Below the pieces are notes generated by a model. The model did not search any database, was not told where the DNA came from, and saw only the letters and a list, made by a program, of their open reading frames with translations. Source: an uncultured Syntrophaceae bacterium (lineage in GTDB: Bacteria > Desulfobacterota > Syntrophia > Syntrophales > UBA2192). Taken from it: a stretch of DNA of 64,000 bases. Location of the stretch: assembly GCA_964628025.1 (NCBI GenBank), contig CAZVLL010000004.1:118416-182415 (forward strand). Direction: 5' to 3'. A program made the translations under genes and the position numbers. Positions 40,498 to 49,390 of the stretch are shown one piece after another. How positions within the stretch are numbered: the first letter of the stretch is position 1; every line of letters begins with the position of its first letter.

Positions 40498-40548
40498 TTC
40501 CTCTTCCTTTCGATACCCACTCGCTCCTTCTCTTCGGCCCGTTGGGAC

Positions 40549-41694
40549 CTAACGGATGTAATGCAGCATGATGGCGAATGCCGAATCCGTTATGATGACT
40601 AAAAAAATAGACGACACGACCGCGGATGTTGTCGCGGAACCGACAGCCTCCGCGCCCCCTCTTGCCTGGAAACCTCGATGGCAGGAGATTCCGGCGATTA
40701 ACGCAGCAAAGCACATGGCCTTGAACAAGCTCGACACGACGTCAAAGACTTCGATGCTCTCCATGGTTTGCTGCATATAGGAATAGACGGACAGATCCAT
40801 TCCGGTGATCCCCACAAAAAGCCCTCCAAGGATTCCCAGCAGGTCTGCATAGAGCGTCAGGATCGGTACAACCAGGATGGAGGCAATCACCTTCGGCACG
40901 ACAAGAAAGTTGACCGGCTCGAACCCCATCGTCGACAGGGCATCGATCTCTTCATTGACCCGCATCGTGCCGATTTCCGCCGAAAAAGCCGAACCGGAGC
41001 GCCCCGCGAAGATGATGGCCGTCATGATCGGGCCGAGTTCCTTTACAAGGGCAATGGCCACAAGCGATGCGACATAGATGTTGGCCCCAAACACCCGCAG
41101 TTGGAGAGAGGCCATGAAGGCCATGATGAGGCCCATCAGAATGCTGATCAGGCCCACAACGGGAAGGCCCTCCATCCCTGCCTTTTTCATGTAATACAGG
41201 ACGGCCTCCCATCGAACGGATCGCGGGCGAATCATACTGCGGGCAAGGGATACAGCCACGTCACCCACGAAGAGGCAGAGAAGATCCATGCGGTCAAACA
41301 ATCGGCTCAGGGCATTCTCCGCCCGTGCCAATACGTTCAGAGCCTTTTTCCCCGAAAGCCCTGTCGACTTTGTTTCCTCGTAAGCGACGATCCCGATCAT
41401 GCGTCGGGTTTCGGAGCTCATACCTGTTATACCGAGATGGATGGCTTTGCGGGCGGCTTTCTCCCGTGACAGGACGAGCGCCAGGGCACCTGCGCTGTCC
41501 AGGTACTCGATCCCGTTGAGGTCAAAGGTTAATTCCCCGTCCGTTGTCTTATCCAGCAGTATTTCAACGTCCGCCAGAAAATCCTTTACTGTATCAAGAG
41601 ATATCATTCCCGAGATGCCGACCGTCAGCGAACCGGGTTTTGCCGGTTCCGACTGGATAGAATATTTATTTGCAGGCTCGACAGATGAGTTCAT
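40549..41694 (-). CDS. MlaE-like ABC permease with N-terminal STAS domain
   Basis: DLNGIEYLDSAG (STAS), KELGPIMTAI..AGRSGSAFSAEIGTMRVNEEIDAL; start at ATG 41694. Confidence 0.9.
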   Translation of the reverse strand: MNSSVEPANKYSIQSEPAKPGSLTVGISGMISLDTVKDFLADVEILLDKTTDGELTFDLNGIEYLDSAGALALVLSREKAARKAIHLGITGMSSETRRMIGIVAYEETKSTGLSGKKALNVLARAENALSRLFDRMDLLCLFVGDVAVSLARSMIRPRSVRWEAVLYYMKKAGMEGLPVVGLISILMGLIMAFMASLQLRVFGANIYVASLVAIALVKELGPIMTAIIFAGRSGSAFSAEIGTMRVNEEIDALSTMGFEPVNFLVVPKVIASILVVPILTLYADLLGILGGLFVGITGMDLSVYSYMQQTMESIEVFDVVSSLFKAMCFAALIAGISCHRGFQARGGAEAVGSATTSAVVSSIFLVIITDSAFAIMLHYIR

Positions 41695-41873
41695 GGCACC
41701 CCGGATCATCAGAAAATAGCGTAATCTCCACTTTTGTATATCGGCAGATGGAAAGAATATATTCAGCAATTCCGGGAAGCGATCAGCGTTCCGTGTCACT
41801 GGTTCGTACAGGGCGATGGCGGCCCTGGCCGGTATCCGCCGGGCCCGGAGCATACGCACGCAGCGCCACATTT

Positions 41874-42038
41874 ATCATTATTGTTGCATTTATATATAAT
41901 AAAGACAATAACGTGCTTTATAAATTATTAGTATACATTATTGTATGATTATTTTCATGACCCCGTCGGAGATTATCTTATTTATATGTATTATATTGAA
42001 TACTTACAATATATTTTTCCCCTGGCACTTTTATTGCT
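41874..42038 (+). promoter_or_regulatory. Three boxes at 30-bp period plus sigma54 promoter of amtB-PII operon 2
   Basis: ATCATTATTGTT 41874, GACAATAACGTG 41904, TACATTATTGTA 41934; CTGGCACTTTTATTGCT 42022-42038 (GG-N10-GC). Confidence 0.8.
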
Positions 42039-42086
42039 CAGTTGAATAGCAAGTATTTGACAATTCCATCACAGGAGGGCTTTATC

Positions 42087-43322
42087 ATGAATACGGGCGA
42101 TACTGCTTGGGTGCTCATGTCGTCTGCACTCGTTCTTCTCATGACTATCCCCGGTCTTGCTTTTTTCTACGGCGGACTCGTCAGGAGAAAAAATGTTCTT
42201 TCCATTCTGATGCAATGCCTGATTATTCTTTGCGTCATCACGCTCCAGTGGGTCCTCTACGGGTATTCCCTGACCTTCGGTCCCGACGCCTGGAACGGGA
42301 TCATCGGCGGGCTCGACTGGGCCGGGCTGCGCAATGTCGGCGGCCAGCCCAATACCGATTACGCCGCGACCATTCCGCACTATGCCTTCATGATCTTTCA
42401 GTGCATGTTCGCAGTCATCACGCCGGCGCTGATCATCGGAACCTTTGCCGAGCGGATCAAGTTCTCGGCATTTCTGCTCTTCACGATCCTCTGGGCGACC
42501 TTTGTCTATAATCCGCTCGGGCACTGGGTCTGGGGAATGGGAGGATGGCTTCGGGATCTGGGGGCTCTCGACTTCGCAGGGGGCATCGTGGTTCACACCA
42601 GCTCGGGCGTATCGGCTCTTGTCCTGGCGCTCCTCATCGGAAAGAGGATCGGATTCGACAAAAGGGCCTTCACACCGCACAACCTGCCCTTCACGGTCAT
42701 GGGGGGCGCGCTGCTCTGGTTCGGATGGTTCGGGTTCAATGCAGGCAGCGCTTTGGCGGCCAATGAACTCGCGGCCAATGCCTTCGTTACAACTACCGTC
42801 GCGGCCTCCGCTGCAGGATTGACCTGGGCCATTATTGAATGGTTTAAGCACAAGGCTCCCACTGCCCTCGGCGCCATTTCAGGCGCAGTGGCGGGACTCG
42901 TCGCCATCACACCGGCCTGCGGGTTTGTAAACCCAATGAATGCCATCTTCATCGGGTTGCTCGCCAGTTTCTTCTGCTATTTCGCCATTGCGAAGGTGAA
43001 AGCCTTCTTCAAATATGACGACTCTCTCGATGTATTCGGCATCCACGGCGTCGGCGGCATCTGGGGAACTCTCGCCACGGGCCTGTTCGCGGAGAAGGCC
43101 GTCAACGAGGCCGGCGCCAACGGGTTGCTGTTCGGCAATGCGCAGCTTTTCTTCGTCCAGTGTCTTCTCGTTGTGGTGACCATCGCTTTCGCGGCGGTCA
43201 TGACCTGGATCATTTTCAAACTCGTCGACGCGTTGATGTGTGTCCGGGTGGAAAAGACCAAAGAGATTGTCGGTCTGGACCTTACCCAGCACAGCGAGTC
43301 GGCATACACCCTGGTCGACTAG
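42087..43322 (+). CDS. amtB: Ammonium transporter 2
   Basis: SD AGGAGG; PGLAFFYGG, FQCMFA, DFAGGIVVH, GWFGFNAGS, DDSLDVFGIHG. Confidence 0.95.
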   Translation: MNTGDTAWVLMSSALVLLMTIPGLAFFYGGLVRRKNVLSILMQCLIILCVITLQWVLYGYSLTFGPDAWNGIIGGLDWAGLRNVGGQPNTDYAATIPHYAFMIFQCMFAVITPALIIGTFAERIKFSAFLLFTILWATFVYNPLGHWVWGMGGWLRDLGALDFAGGIVVHTSSGVSALVLALLIGKRIGFDKRAFTPHNLPFTVMGGALLWFGWFGFNAGSALAANELAANAFVTTTVAASAAGLTWAIIEWFKHKAPTALGAISGAVAGLVAITPACGFVNPMNAIFIGLLASFFCYFAIAKVKAFFKYDDSLDVFGIHGVGGIWGTLATGLFAEKAVNEAGANGLLFGNAQLFFVQCLLVVVTIAFAAVMTWIIFKLVDALMCVRVEKTKEIVGLDLTQHSESAYTLVD

Positions 43323-43334
43323 GAGGCGCTCATC

Positions 43335-43676
43335 ATGAAATATATCATTGCCATCATCAAACCGCACAAACTGGACGACGTGATGAATGCGCTCGAAGAG
43401 GTCAACGTGAACCTGATGACCGTTTCCAACGTGCTTGGCCGGGGACGGCAGATGGGCATTACAGAGGTCTATCGGGGCGCCAAGGAAGTGGGGAGTCTCC
43501 TCAAGAAGGTAAAACTTGAAATCGCCGTCAACGAAGATTTTGTGGAGCCCACCATCCAGGCCCTTAGCAAGGGAGCCCGCACAGGCGAGATCGGAGACGG
43601 GAAAATCTTTGTTCTGGACCTTCCCGACGTCATCCGGATCCGCACCGGCGAACGCGGCGGGCCGGCGATCGGGTAA
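43335..43676 (+). CDS. glnK: PII nitrogen regulatory protein 2
   Basis: [41 protein letters not shown]. Confidence 0.92.
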   Translation: MKYIIAIIKPHKLDDVMNALEEVNVNLMTVSNVLGRGRQMGITEVYRGAKEVGSLLKKVKLEIAVNEDFVEPTIQALSKGARTGEIGDGKIFVLDLPDVIRIRTGERGGPAIG

Positions 43677-43858
43677 AAAAACGGCATCGGGCGACGGGCT
43701 TCCGGTATCAGGAAATGAATGAGTCCCCTATCTTTTTTCTCTGATGCTTGTTGCCCGGCGCCTGAGGCCTTGATCCCTCAGGTCCTGTCATGAAGACAGA
43801 ACATGAAAAAAACCCTTGAATTCATCTTGCACGGGGATCCGGGTGCGATCACTCAGGA

Positions 43859-43994
43859 TACATATTGGTACACCACCCATGATAGTGATACATTATCGTA
43901 TCGCACACAGACGTCCTTGCCACGTCCGCTGCACGCATTAACCTTATCATATTCGTATCTTACATATTTTCTTATCATTGGCATCCGAATTGCT
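43859..43994 (+). promoter_or_regulatory. Paired boxes plus sigma54 promoter upstream of DapB-like gene
   Basis: TACATATTGGTA 43859-43870, TACATTATCGTA 43889-43900; TTGGCATCCGAATTGCT 43978-43994 (GG-N10-GC). Confidence 0.75.
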
Positions 43995-44025
43995 GCATGA
44001 TCAATTCGATACCGGGAGGTATTGT

Positions 44026-44073
44026 ATGCACATCCTGCTTTGCTGTTGCTTTATGATTGTGAGACAATGTTAG
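44026..44073 (+). other. Candidate 15-aa Cys-rich leader ORF (MHILLCCCFMIVRQC)
   Basis: GGGAGGT 5 nt before ATG 44026, TAG 44071-44073. Confidence 0.3.
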
Positions 44074-44098
44074 GTGAGCATAATGGCGGGAGAAAACC

Positions 44099-44632
44099 AT
44101 GGTGAGGGCTGTCGTAACAGGCGTGAGCACCAAGATGGGCAGCAGACTCATGCAGCTCGTCTATGAAACGGATGGCATCGAACTCGTCGGGGCCGTGGAC
44201 AGCCGCGAAAGCCGTTATGTAGGCCAGGATGCCGGCGAGATCAATCAGCTGGGGTTTTTTGGTGTGCCCGTCGTCGATGACCTTCGGGATTGCATCAAGC
44301 ACAGCTGTGTGGTCATCGACTTTACGGAAAAGGAATCTTCCCTGACCCACCTCAAAATCGCTGCCGAGCACAAGACGTCGATGGTGATGGGAACCATGGG
44401 ATTCATGCTCGACGAAATGGACCGCATCCGCGAGCTGACCAAAAAGACTCGCTGCGTTCTCGTGCCCAATGTAAGCCCCGCTCTTTTCAGCGAGATGGGA
44501 GCGGGCGTAGAGCTGATTTACCGCTCCTTTATCCGGGACACTTTCGCACGGGAGGCCATCGCCGCCGCGAAATGGATCGTGAAGCAGAAGAATGGGCTGT
44601 ACGACATGCAGGACGTCCTCGGACTGAAATAA
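44099..44632 (+). CDS. DapB (dihydrodipicolinate reductase)-derived protein lacking the substrate-binding/catalytic domain
   Basis: DapB N-domain (VGQDAGE, VIDFT, GTMG, PNVS) joined in frame to DapB C-terminal tail (RDTFAR..IAAAKW....NGLYDMQDVLGL); no HHxxK.DAPSGTA motif. Confidence 0.8.
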   Translation: MVRAVVTGVSTKMGSRLMQLVYETDGIELVGAVDSRESRYVGQDAGEINQLGFFGVPVVDDLRDCIKHSCVVIDFTEKESSLTHLKIAAEHKTSMVMGTMGFMLDEMDRIRELTKKTRCVLVPNVSPALFSEMGAGVELIYRSFIRDTFAREAIAAAKWIVKQKNGLYDMQDVLGLK

Positions 44633-44855
44633 ATCTCGTGAAAATCCTTAAGCCCACTCTTTCCTTTCGATTTATCCAACCTCTCCTGTTTCTGTCCTAA
44701 CGACAGATGACTTCGCTATCACTATCAAATTTTATCCTGACCACCCTTTCACCTCAAGTTCTCAACCTCACTGTGTTAATAAGATCGAAGATTATCGTTT
44801 GAAAGCATTAGCGCTTGCAGGAGAAGGCAAGCTGATACTCGTGGCCGCAGCGGGG

Positions 44856-45857
44856 TCAGGGAGCTTCTGTCATGATTTCATTGGACAGCGGCTGCCCAGC
44901 GGAGAATTCGTTGATACTGTTAATCGTGGTTTCACAGATGGTCGAAATCGCTTCCTGGGTGAAAAAGGCCTGATGTCCGGTGACAATCACATTCGGAAAT
45001 GATAGGAGGCGTTGGAAAATGTCGTCGGAAATGATTGTGCTCGACAGGTCGCGGAAAAAGAGATCTGCCTCCTGCTCATAGACGTCGATTGCCAGGCCGC
45101 CGAGTTGCCCGCTCTTGAGGGCCTCGATCGCCGCTTCGGTGTCGACCAGCCCGCCGCGGCTGGTATTGACCAGTAAGGCGCCGCGCTTGGCGCGGGACAG
45201 TGTGTCCGCATTGATAATGTGGTGCGTTTCGGGTGTCAGGGGGCAGTGCAGAGAGATAATATCGGCCCTGGCGCCGATTTCGCCCGGCTGCGCATAGCGG
45301 ACTCCAAGGGCTTCAAACTCGGCTGAAGGGTACTTATCGTAGCCAATCACCTCGCAGCCGAACCCTAGCATGATGCGTGCAAACACACGCCCGATCTTGC
45401 CGGTCCCGACCACGGCGACTGTCTTGCCGTGTAGATCGAAGCCCATCAGTCCGTCGAGCGCGAAGTTGGAATCACGGGTCCGGTTGTAGGCCCGGTGAAT
45501 CTTGCGGTTGATAGCGAGGAGGAGGGCGACGGCATGTTCGGCGACCGAGTACGGTGAGTAGGTGACGACACGCACCACCTTGATGCCGAAACGCGCTGCG
45601 GCGCGCAGATCGACGTTATTGAAGCCGGTGCAGCGCAGGGTGACAAGACGCGTTCCCCCGTGAGATAGCGTTTCCAGGACATCTGCGTCAGCCTTGTCAT
45701 TGACGAATATGCATACGGCATCGTACGCGTGTGCAAGCGATGCCGTTTCCCGCTCCAGCGGCACATCGAAATAGGTAATCCGGTGACCGGAGGCGGCATT
45801 GGCTGCGTCCAGGTAATCGCGGTCATAACGCTTGGCGCTGAATACGGCTATGTTCAT
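44856..45857 (-). CDS. ldhA: D-lactate dehydrogenase (D-2-hydroxyacid dehydrogenase)
   Basis: VCIFVND, LRCTGFNNVDL, YSPYSVAEH, GTGKIG, NTSRG, DVYEQE, TGHQAF. Confidence 0.88.
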   Translation of the reverse strand: MNIAVFSAKRYDRDYLDAANAASGHRITYFDVPLERETASLAHAYDAVCIFVNDKADADVLETLSHGGTRLVTLRCTGFNNVDLRAAARFGIKVVRVVTYSPYSVAEHAVALLLAINRKIHRAYNRTRDSNFALDGLMGFDLHGKTVAVVGTGKIGRVFARIMLGFGCEVIGYDKYPSAEFEALGVRYAQPGEIGARADIISLHCPLTPETHHIINADTLSRAKRGALLVNTSRGGLVDTEAAIEALKSGQLGGLAIDVYEQEADLFFRDLSSTIISDDIFQRLLSFPNVIVTGHQAFFTQEAISTICETTINSINEFSAGQPLSNEIMTEAP

Positions 45858-46655
45858 CGATTCTCCTTTCGACGGCGTATGATTTATAATGCTACTAAAA
45901 AAATCCCATCCGACTTACCCCCCGAGCAATACAGCGGCGATCTGAACGAACAGAATCTTGAGAACGGTCGGATTATAAGAACATAAGACAAGGGAATTTT
46001 GTATGTCAACAGAAATATGGCGTTTGCTGAGCGGATGATTGCGAAAGGAATATTCGGGATCGCCGTAAATGTATTCATTACGCATTGAAGTCTTGTATCC
46101 ATCCAAGAAAGCCCTGCCTACAGCGTTCAGGAAGGAAGATGCTACCTGGCCGGAATTTTTCGATAAGAATTCCATCTTTGGTGAGTACACCTGCGAAGCG
46201 TGGAAATATAGTTTCTGAGGTAACGTTAATTTCGGATTGAAAGAGAGTGTCTAACGCCAATTAAAATGAGCTGAGATCATGTGTAAGCTCCTCCATCGTC
46301 GTTCGTCGATGAGGAGGTATCCAGGTTTGAACTGCTTGACAGATTTCGCCGCAAAAGGCTGAACTCCCTGAGAACCTGCGAAGAGCAAACACGAAGTGGG
46401 ATAAGACAGGGTTGACAGACTCGATAATTGATGGAACACTTTATAAATAGAGGCTCTGGTAATGATAAATGAAACTGGAGGTTCACCAAGACGAATGATC
46501 ACGGACGTACGTTGAGGGGTGCAGGGCGAAAATACCTAACGGAGCATTCTGACTAAACACCTCGGGAAGCCATCGGCATCTGCTAAGCAGCAACGGGCAA
46601 GGTCGACATCAATGAAATCACTGCGAGCCCGGTGAAAGAGAAAAAAGGAAAATCC

Positions 46656-47591
46656 ATGACCCACTCTCCCTGGATTCGAGCAGCCCGTCTCCAATTACAC
46701 ACCATCGGTTTTACCCCGCTATTGCTTGGAAACATCATAGCTTGGTACGAGTTTGGGCATTTCAGCTGGCCGCGATTTATCCTTTCCCTTCTAATTGGTC
46801 TCCTGATTCATCTCGTCACGGCGTTTGTGAACGACGTGGCAGATATCCAAACAGATGAAGCCAACTTTTCACGCACCCCTTTTTCCGGAGGTTCAGGGGT
46901 TGTGGTCGAAGGACAACTGTCACGTTCCGACCTGATAATAGGCGCAAGTTGGGCAATCTTTTTGACCGTCGTCTTGACTGGCGTTATGATTTTTGGTTTG
47001 CATGTTCACTGGGGAATTCTGTTGTTCGTGAGCTGGGGCATAGTGAGTGCAACAGAATACAGCCTCCCTCCCGTGAAGTTGTCCTACCGAGGAGGGGGTG
47101 AATTTCTGGTTTTTGTGACTTACAGTATTGCGCTCGTTTGGGCAGGCTATTTTTCACAGGCCGGGCCGGCTTATTCGCCCCTGGTATGGGCCTTGAGCAT
47201 ACCCATCGGCTTTGCCGTTTTTTCCCTGATCACCGTTACTCAATTTCCGGATCTGGAAGCCGACCGGAAGGCCAAGAAGCGTTCGCTCGTCATTATGTTT
47301 GGCGTCAAAAAGACCCTTTCCATCGTTTCGCTGGCTGTTTCGTCGAGTATGCTCAGCGTGATGGTTTTCCTCCTGACGGGTTCCATCCCAATCTGGCCAG
47401 GTGTATTATCCCTTCTCTGCCTGCCTCTTGTATATCGATTGTTGAAAATGATATTTCGTCATGAAGAGGAAGGAATTTCCCTGTATACAAAACTCAGTCA
47501 GGGGACATTGATTCTGACCCTTTGGCTCGGTTTGGCACCGGCCCTCGGACTAATGCTGGATCGCTGGCTGCGTATACGTATAACGGGATAG
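46656..47591 (+). CDS. UbiA-superfamily prenyltransferase (MenA-like)
   Basis: NDVAD...D motif, TPFSGGSG, YSLPPVKLSYRGGGE, QFPDLEADRKAKKRSL, multiple TMs. Confidence 0.85.
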   Translation: MTHSPWIRAARLQLHTIGFTPLLLGNIIAWYEFGHFSWPRFILSLLIGLLIHLVTAFVNDVADIQTDEANFSRTPFSGGSGVVVEGQLSRSDLIIGASWAIFLTVVLTGVMIFGLHVHWGILLFVSWGIVSATEYSLPPVKLSYRGGGEFLVFVTYSIALVWAGYFSQAGPAYSPLVWALSIPIGFAVFSLITVTQFPDLEADRKAKKRSLVIMFGVKKTLSIVSLAVSSSMLSVMVFLLTGSIPIWPGVLSLLCLPLVYRLLKMIFRHEEEGISLYTKLSQGTLILTLWLGLAPALGLMLDRWLRIRITG

Positions 47592-47746
47592 CGTTTTCAT
47601 GCAAACATCCATACAAGATACAAGGATGTCTTTTGAAGCTGAGCGTTTGATTCACTCTTGACAGGGTTTCGAGCATCAGGATTTGTGGTCGGACGGAACC
47701 TTAATGCAGGTTTGATTGCGGCGATAGGCCCGCAGCAGGGGGAAAT

Positions 47747-49390
47747 TTGAGGACTTTTCGCATCATACTTGGGGGGTGTATCGATCTTATCCTTTTCGGC
47801 GTGTTTGTTCCCTGGGCGACGGTCCGGGTGGGACGCATGCTCGATACAGCATTTCCCCTTTCTTTGAATATCAGCCGCCACATTTTAGACATCGTTGGAA
47901 TCGCCTCAATCGTGTCGGGGGCCGCGTGGCTCCTTTGGGCCTGGTATCTGCTTGTCAGAGAAGGCCATGGATACCTGACCGAGCTTTTCCGCATTGAAAT
48001 TTCGCCCGTAACAGACCGTCTGGTTACCAGCGGACCCTTTTCAGTTCACAGACATCCTGTGTGCATGGGCTACCTTTTGATCATCGCGGGATTAGGCATG
48101 GTGATCGGTTCGCCCGGAGTAGTGGCAGTGTGTGTGCCGTTGCTTCTTTACATCGTTTACGTCTATTTGCGTTTGTTCGAAGAACCGGCCCTGCAAAGGC
48201 GGTTTGGACATGATTACGAATCCTATTCCGGGCGGGTGCCCATGTTTTTTCCATTCCGACGGAACGGGGTTCCTGTAGCCTTCAGAAATCTTCATGCCGA
48301 TCGTGTCCGCTTCGCGATCAATGTCGCCGGTGTAGCCTTTTCCGTTCTGCTTATCTGCTTTCAACTATCCGTCCTCAAGGGAACCCGTGCGCAGATCACA
48401 ACGTATATCGATCATACAGGCGCGAATATCTGGGCCATGCAAAAGGGGGTGGATGATTTTGTTGCAACTTCCGTGGTGCCGAGGGAAAGCGTTGACGCCG
48501 TGGAAAGGGTGAACGGCGTCCAAAGAGCGGCCGGCATCTATGCCATTTATACCCTCTTGGAGATCAACAAGGTTAAATCCAGAGTTTACGTGATCGGCTA
48601 TGACACCAAGTCAGGCGACGGCGGCCCATGGAAATTGGGGAAAACCCTCCCTCACGTGAAGGATGTTCGTTCACTCAGACAAGATGAAGTCCTGCTCGAT
48701 GAAAATCTTGCCCATCGTCATGGCCTCGAACCGGGAGATCGTGTGTCCTTTTTCGGCCAATCGTTCACCGTCGCTGGATTCACATTGGAAACAACCTCCA
48801 TCGGCAGCCAATATGCCTTTTTACCAAGGGAGACCGTCAGCCGCTTACTGCCGGGCGGACAATTCTCCTTTACTCATGTGCTTGTATGGTCAAATGGAAC
48901 AATTTCTGATCAGGATATCATCCACCATATTGGCGAAATAACCGGCCTGAACGGTATAACGAGAGATTCGCTCGCGGCCAATATGCGTGAATTTCTGGGT
49001 ATGTTTATGTTGCCTCTGTTGACCGCAGGGGTGGTCATGGGCTTTCTGGTCGGATCCATAACCATCGGCATTACCCTATACACAGCCGTTCTGGAGAGGT
49101 TCAAGGAATACGGTACAATGAAAGCTCTGGGCGCGACGGGCTGGTTCCTTTATGGGATTGTTTTGAAACAATCCCTCATCTCTCTCGGCATCGGCACCGT
49201 AATGGGCCTGGCTCTTGGGGTATTGGCCAATCATTTCATCAATCAATGGGTTCCCGGGATGACGGCCAGACTGGACGGCTCCATCACGATGCAGACTCTT
49301 CTTACGGGTTTGGTCATGGCGGTCTTAAGCACTGGTCTTCCGATGTGGCGGCTATCTCGCCTTGACCCAATGGAGGCTTTCCGGTCATGA
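47747..49390 (+). CDS. Fusion: ICMT/PEMT-family membrane methyltransferase + FtsX/DevC-type ABC permease
   Basis: LVTSGPFSVHRHP..MG, FEEPALQRRFGHDYESY..RVP, then AFRNL..DRVRF..NVAGVAFSVLL, large periplasmic loop, LYTAVLERFKEYGTMKALGA, RLDPMEAFR. Confidence 0.8.
   Translation: MRTFRIILGGCIDLILFGVFVPWATVRVGRMLDTAFPLSLNISRHILDIVGIASIVSGAAWLLWAWYLLVREGHGYLTELFRIEISPVTDRLVTSGPFSVHRHPVCMGYLLIIAGLGMVIGSPGVVAVCVPLLLYIVYVYLRLFEEPALQRRFGHDYESYSGRVPMFFPFRRNGVPVAFRNLHADRVRFAINVAGVAFSVLLICFQLSVLKGTRAQITTYIDHTGANIWAMQKGVDDFVATSVVPRESVDAVERVNGVQRAAGIYAIYTLLEINKVKSRVYVIGYDTKSGDGGPWKLGKTLPHVKDVRSLRQDEVLLDENLAHRHGLEPGDRVSFFGQSFTVAGFTLETTSIGSQYAFLPRETVSRLLPGGQFSFTHVLVWSNGTISDQDIIHHIGEITGLNGITRDSLAANMREFLGMFMLPLLTAGVVMGFLVGSITIGITLYTAVLERFKEYGTMKALGATGWFLYGIVLKQSLISLGIGTVMGLALGVLANHFINQWVPGMTARLDGSITMQTLLTGLVMAVLSTGLPMWRLSRLDPMEAFRS

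Noticed and set aside
43803-44000. 65-aa ORF upstream of the DapB-like gene
   Set aside because: Coincides with the box and sigma54 promoter region; no clear SD or coding signature.
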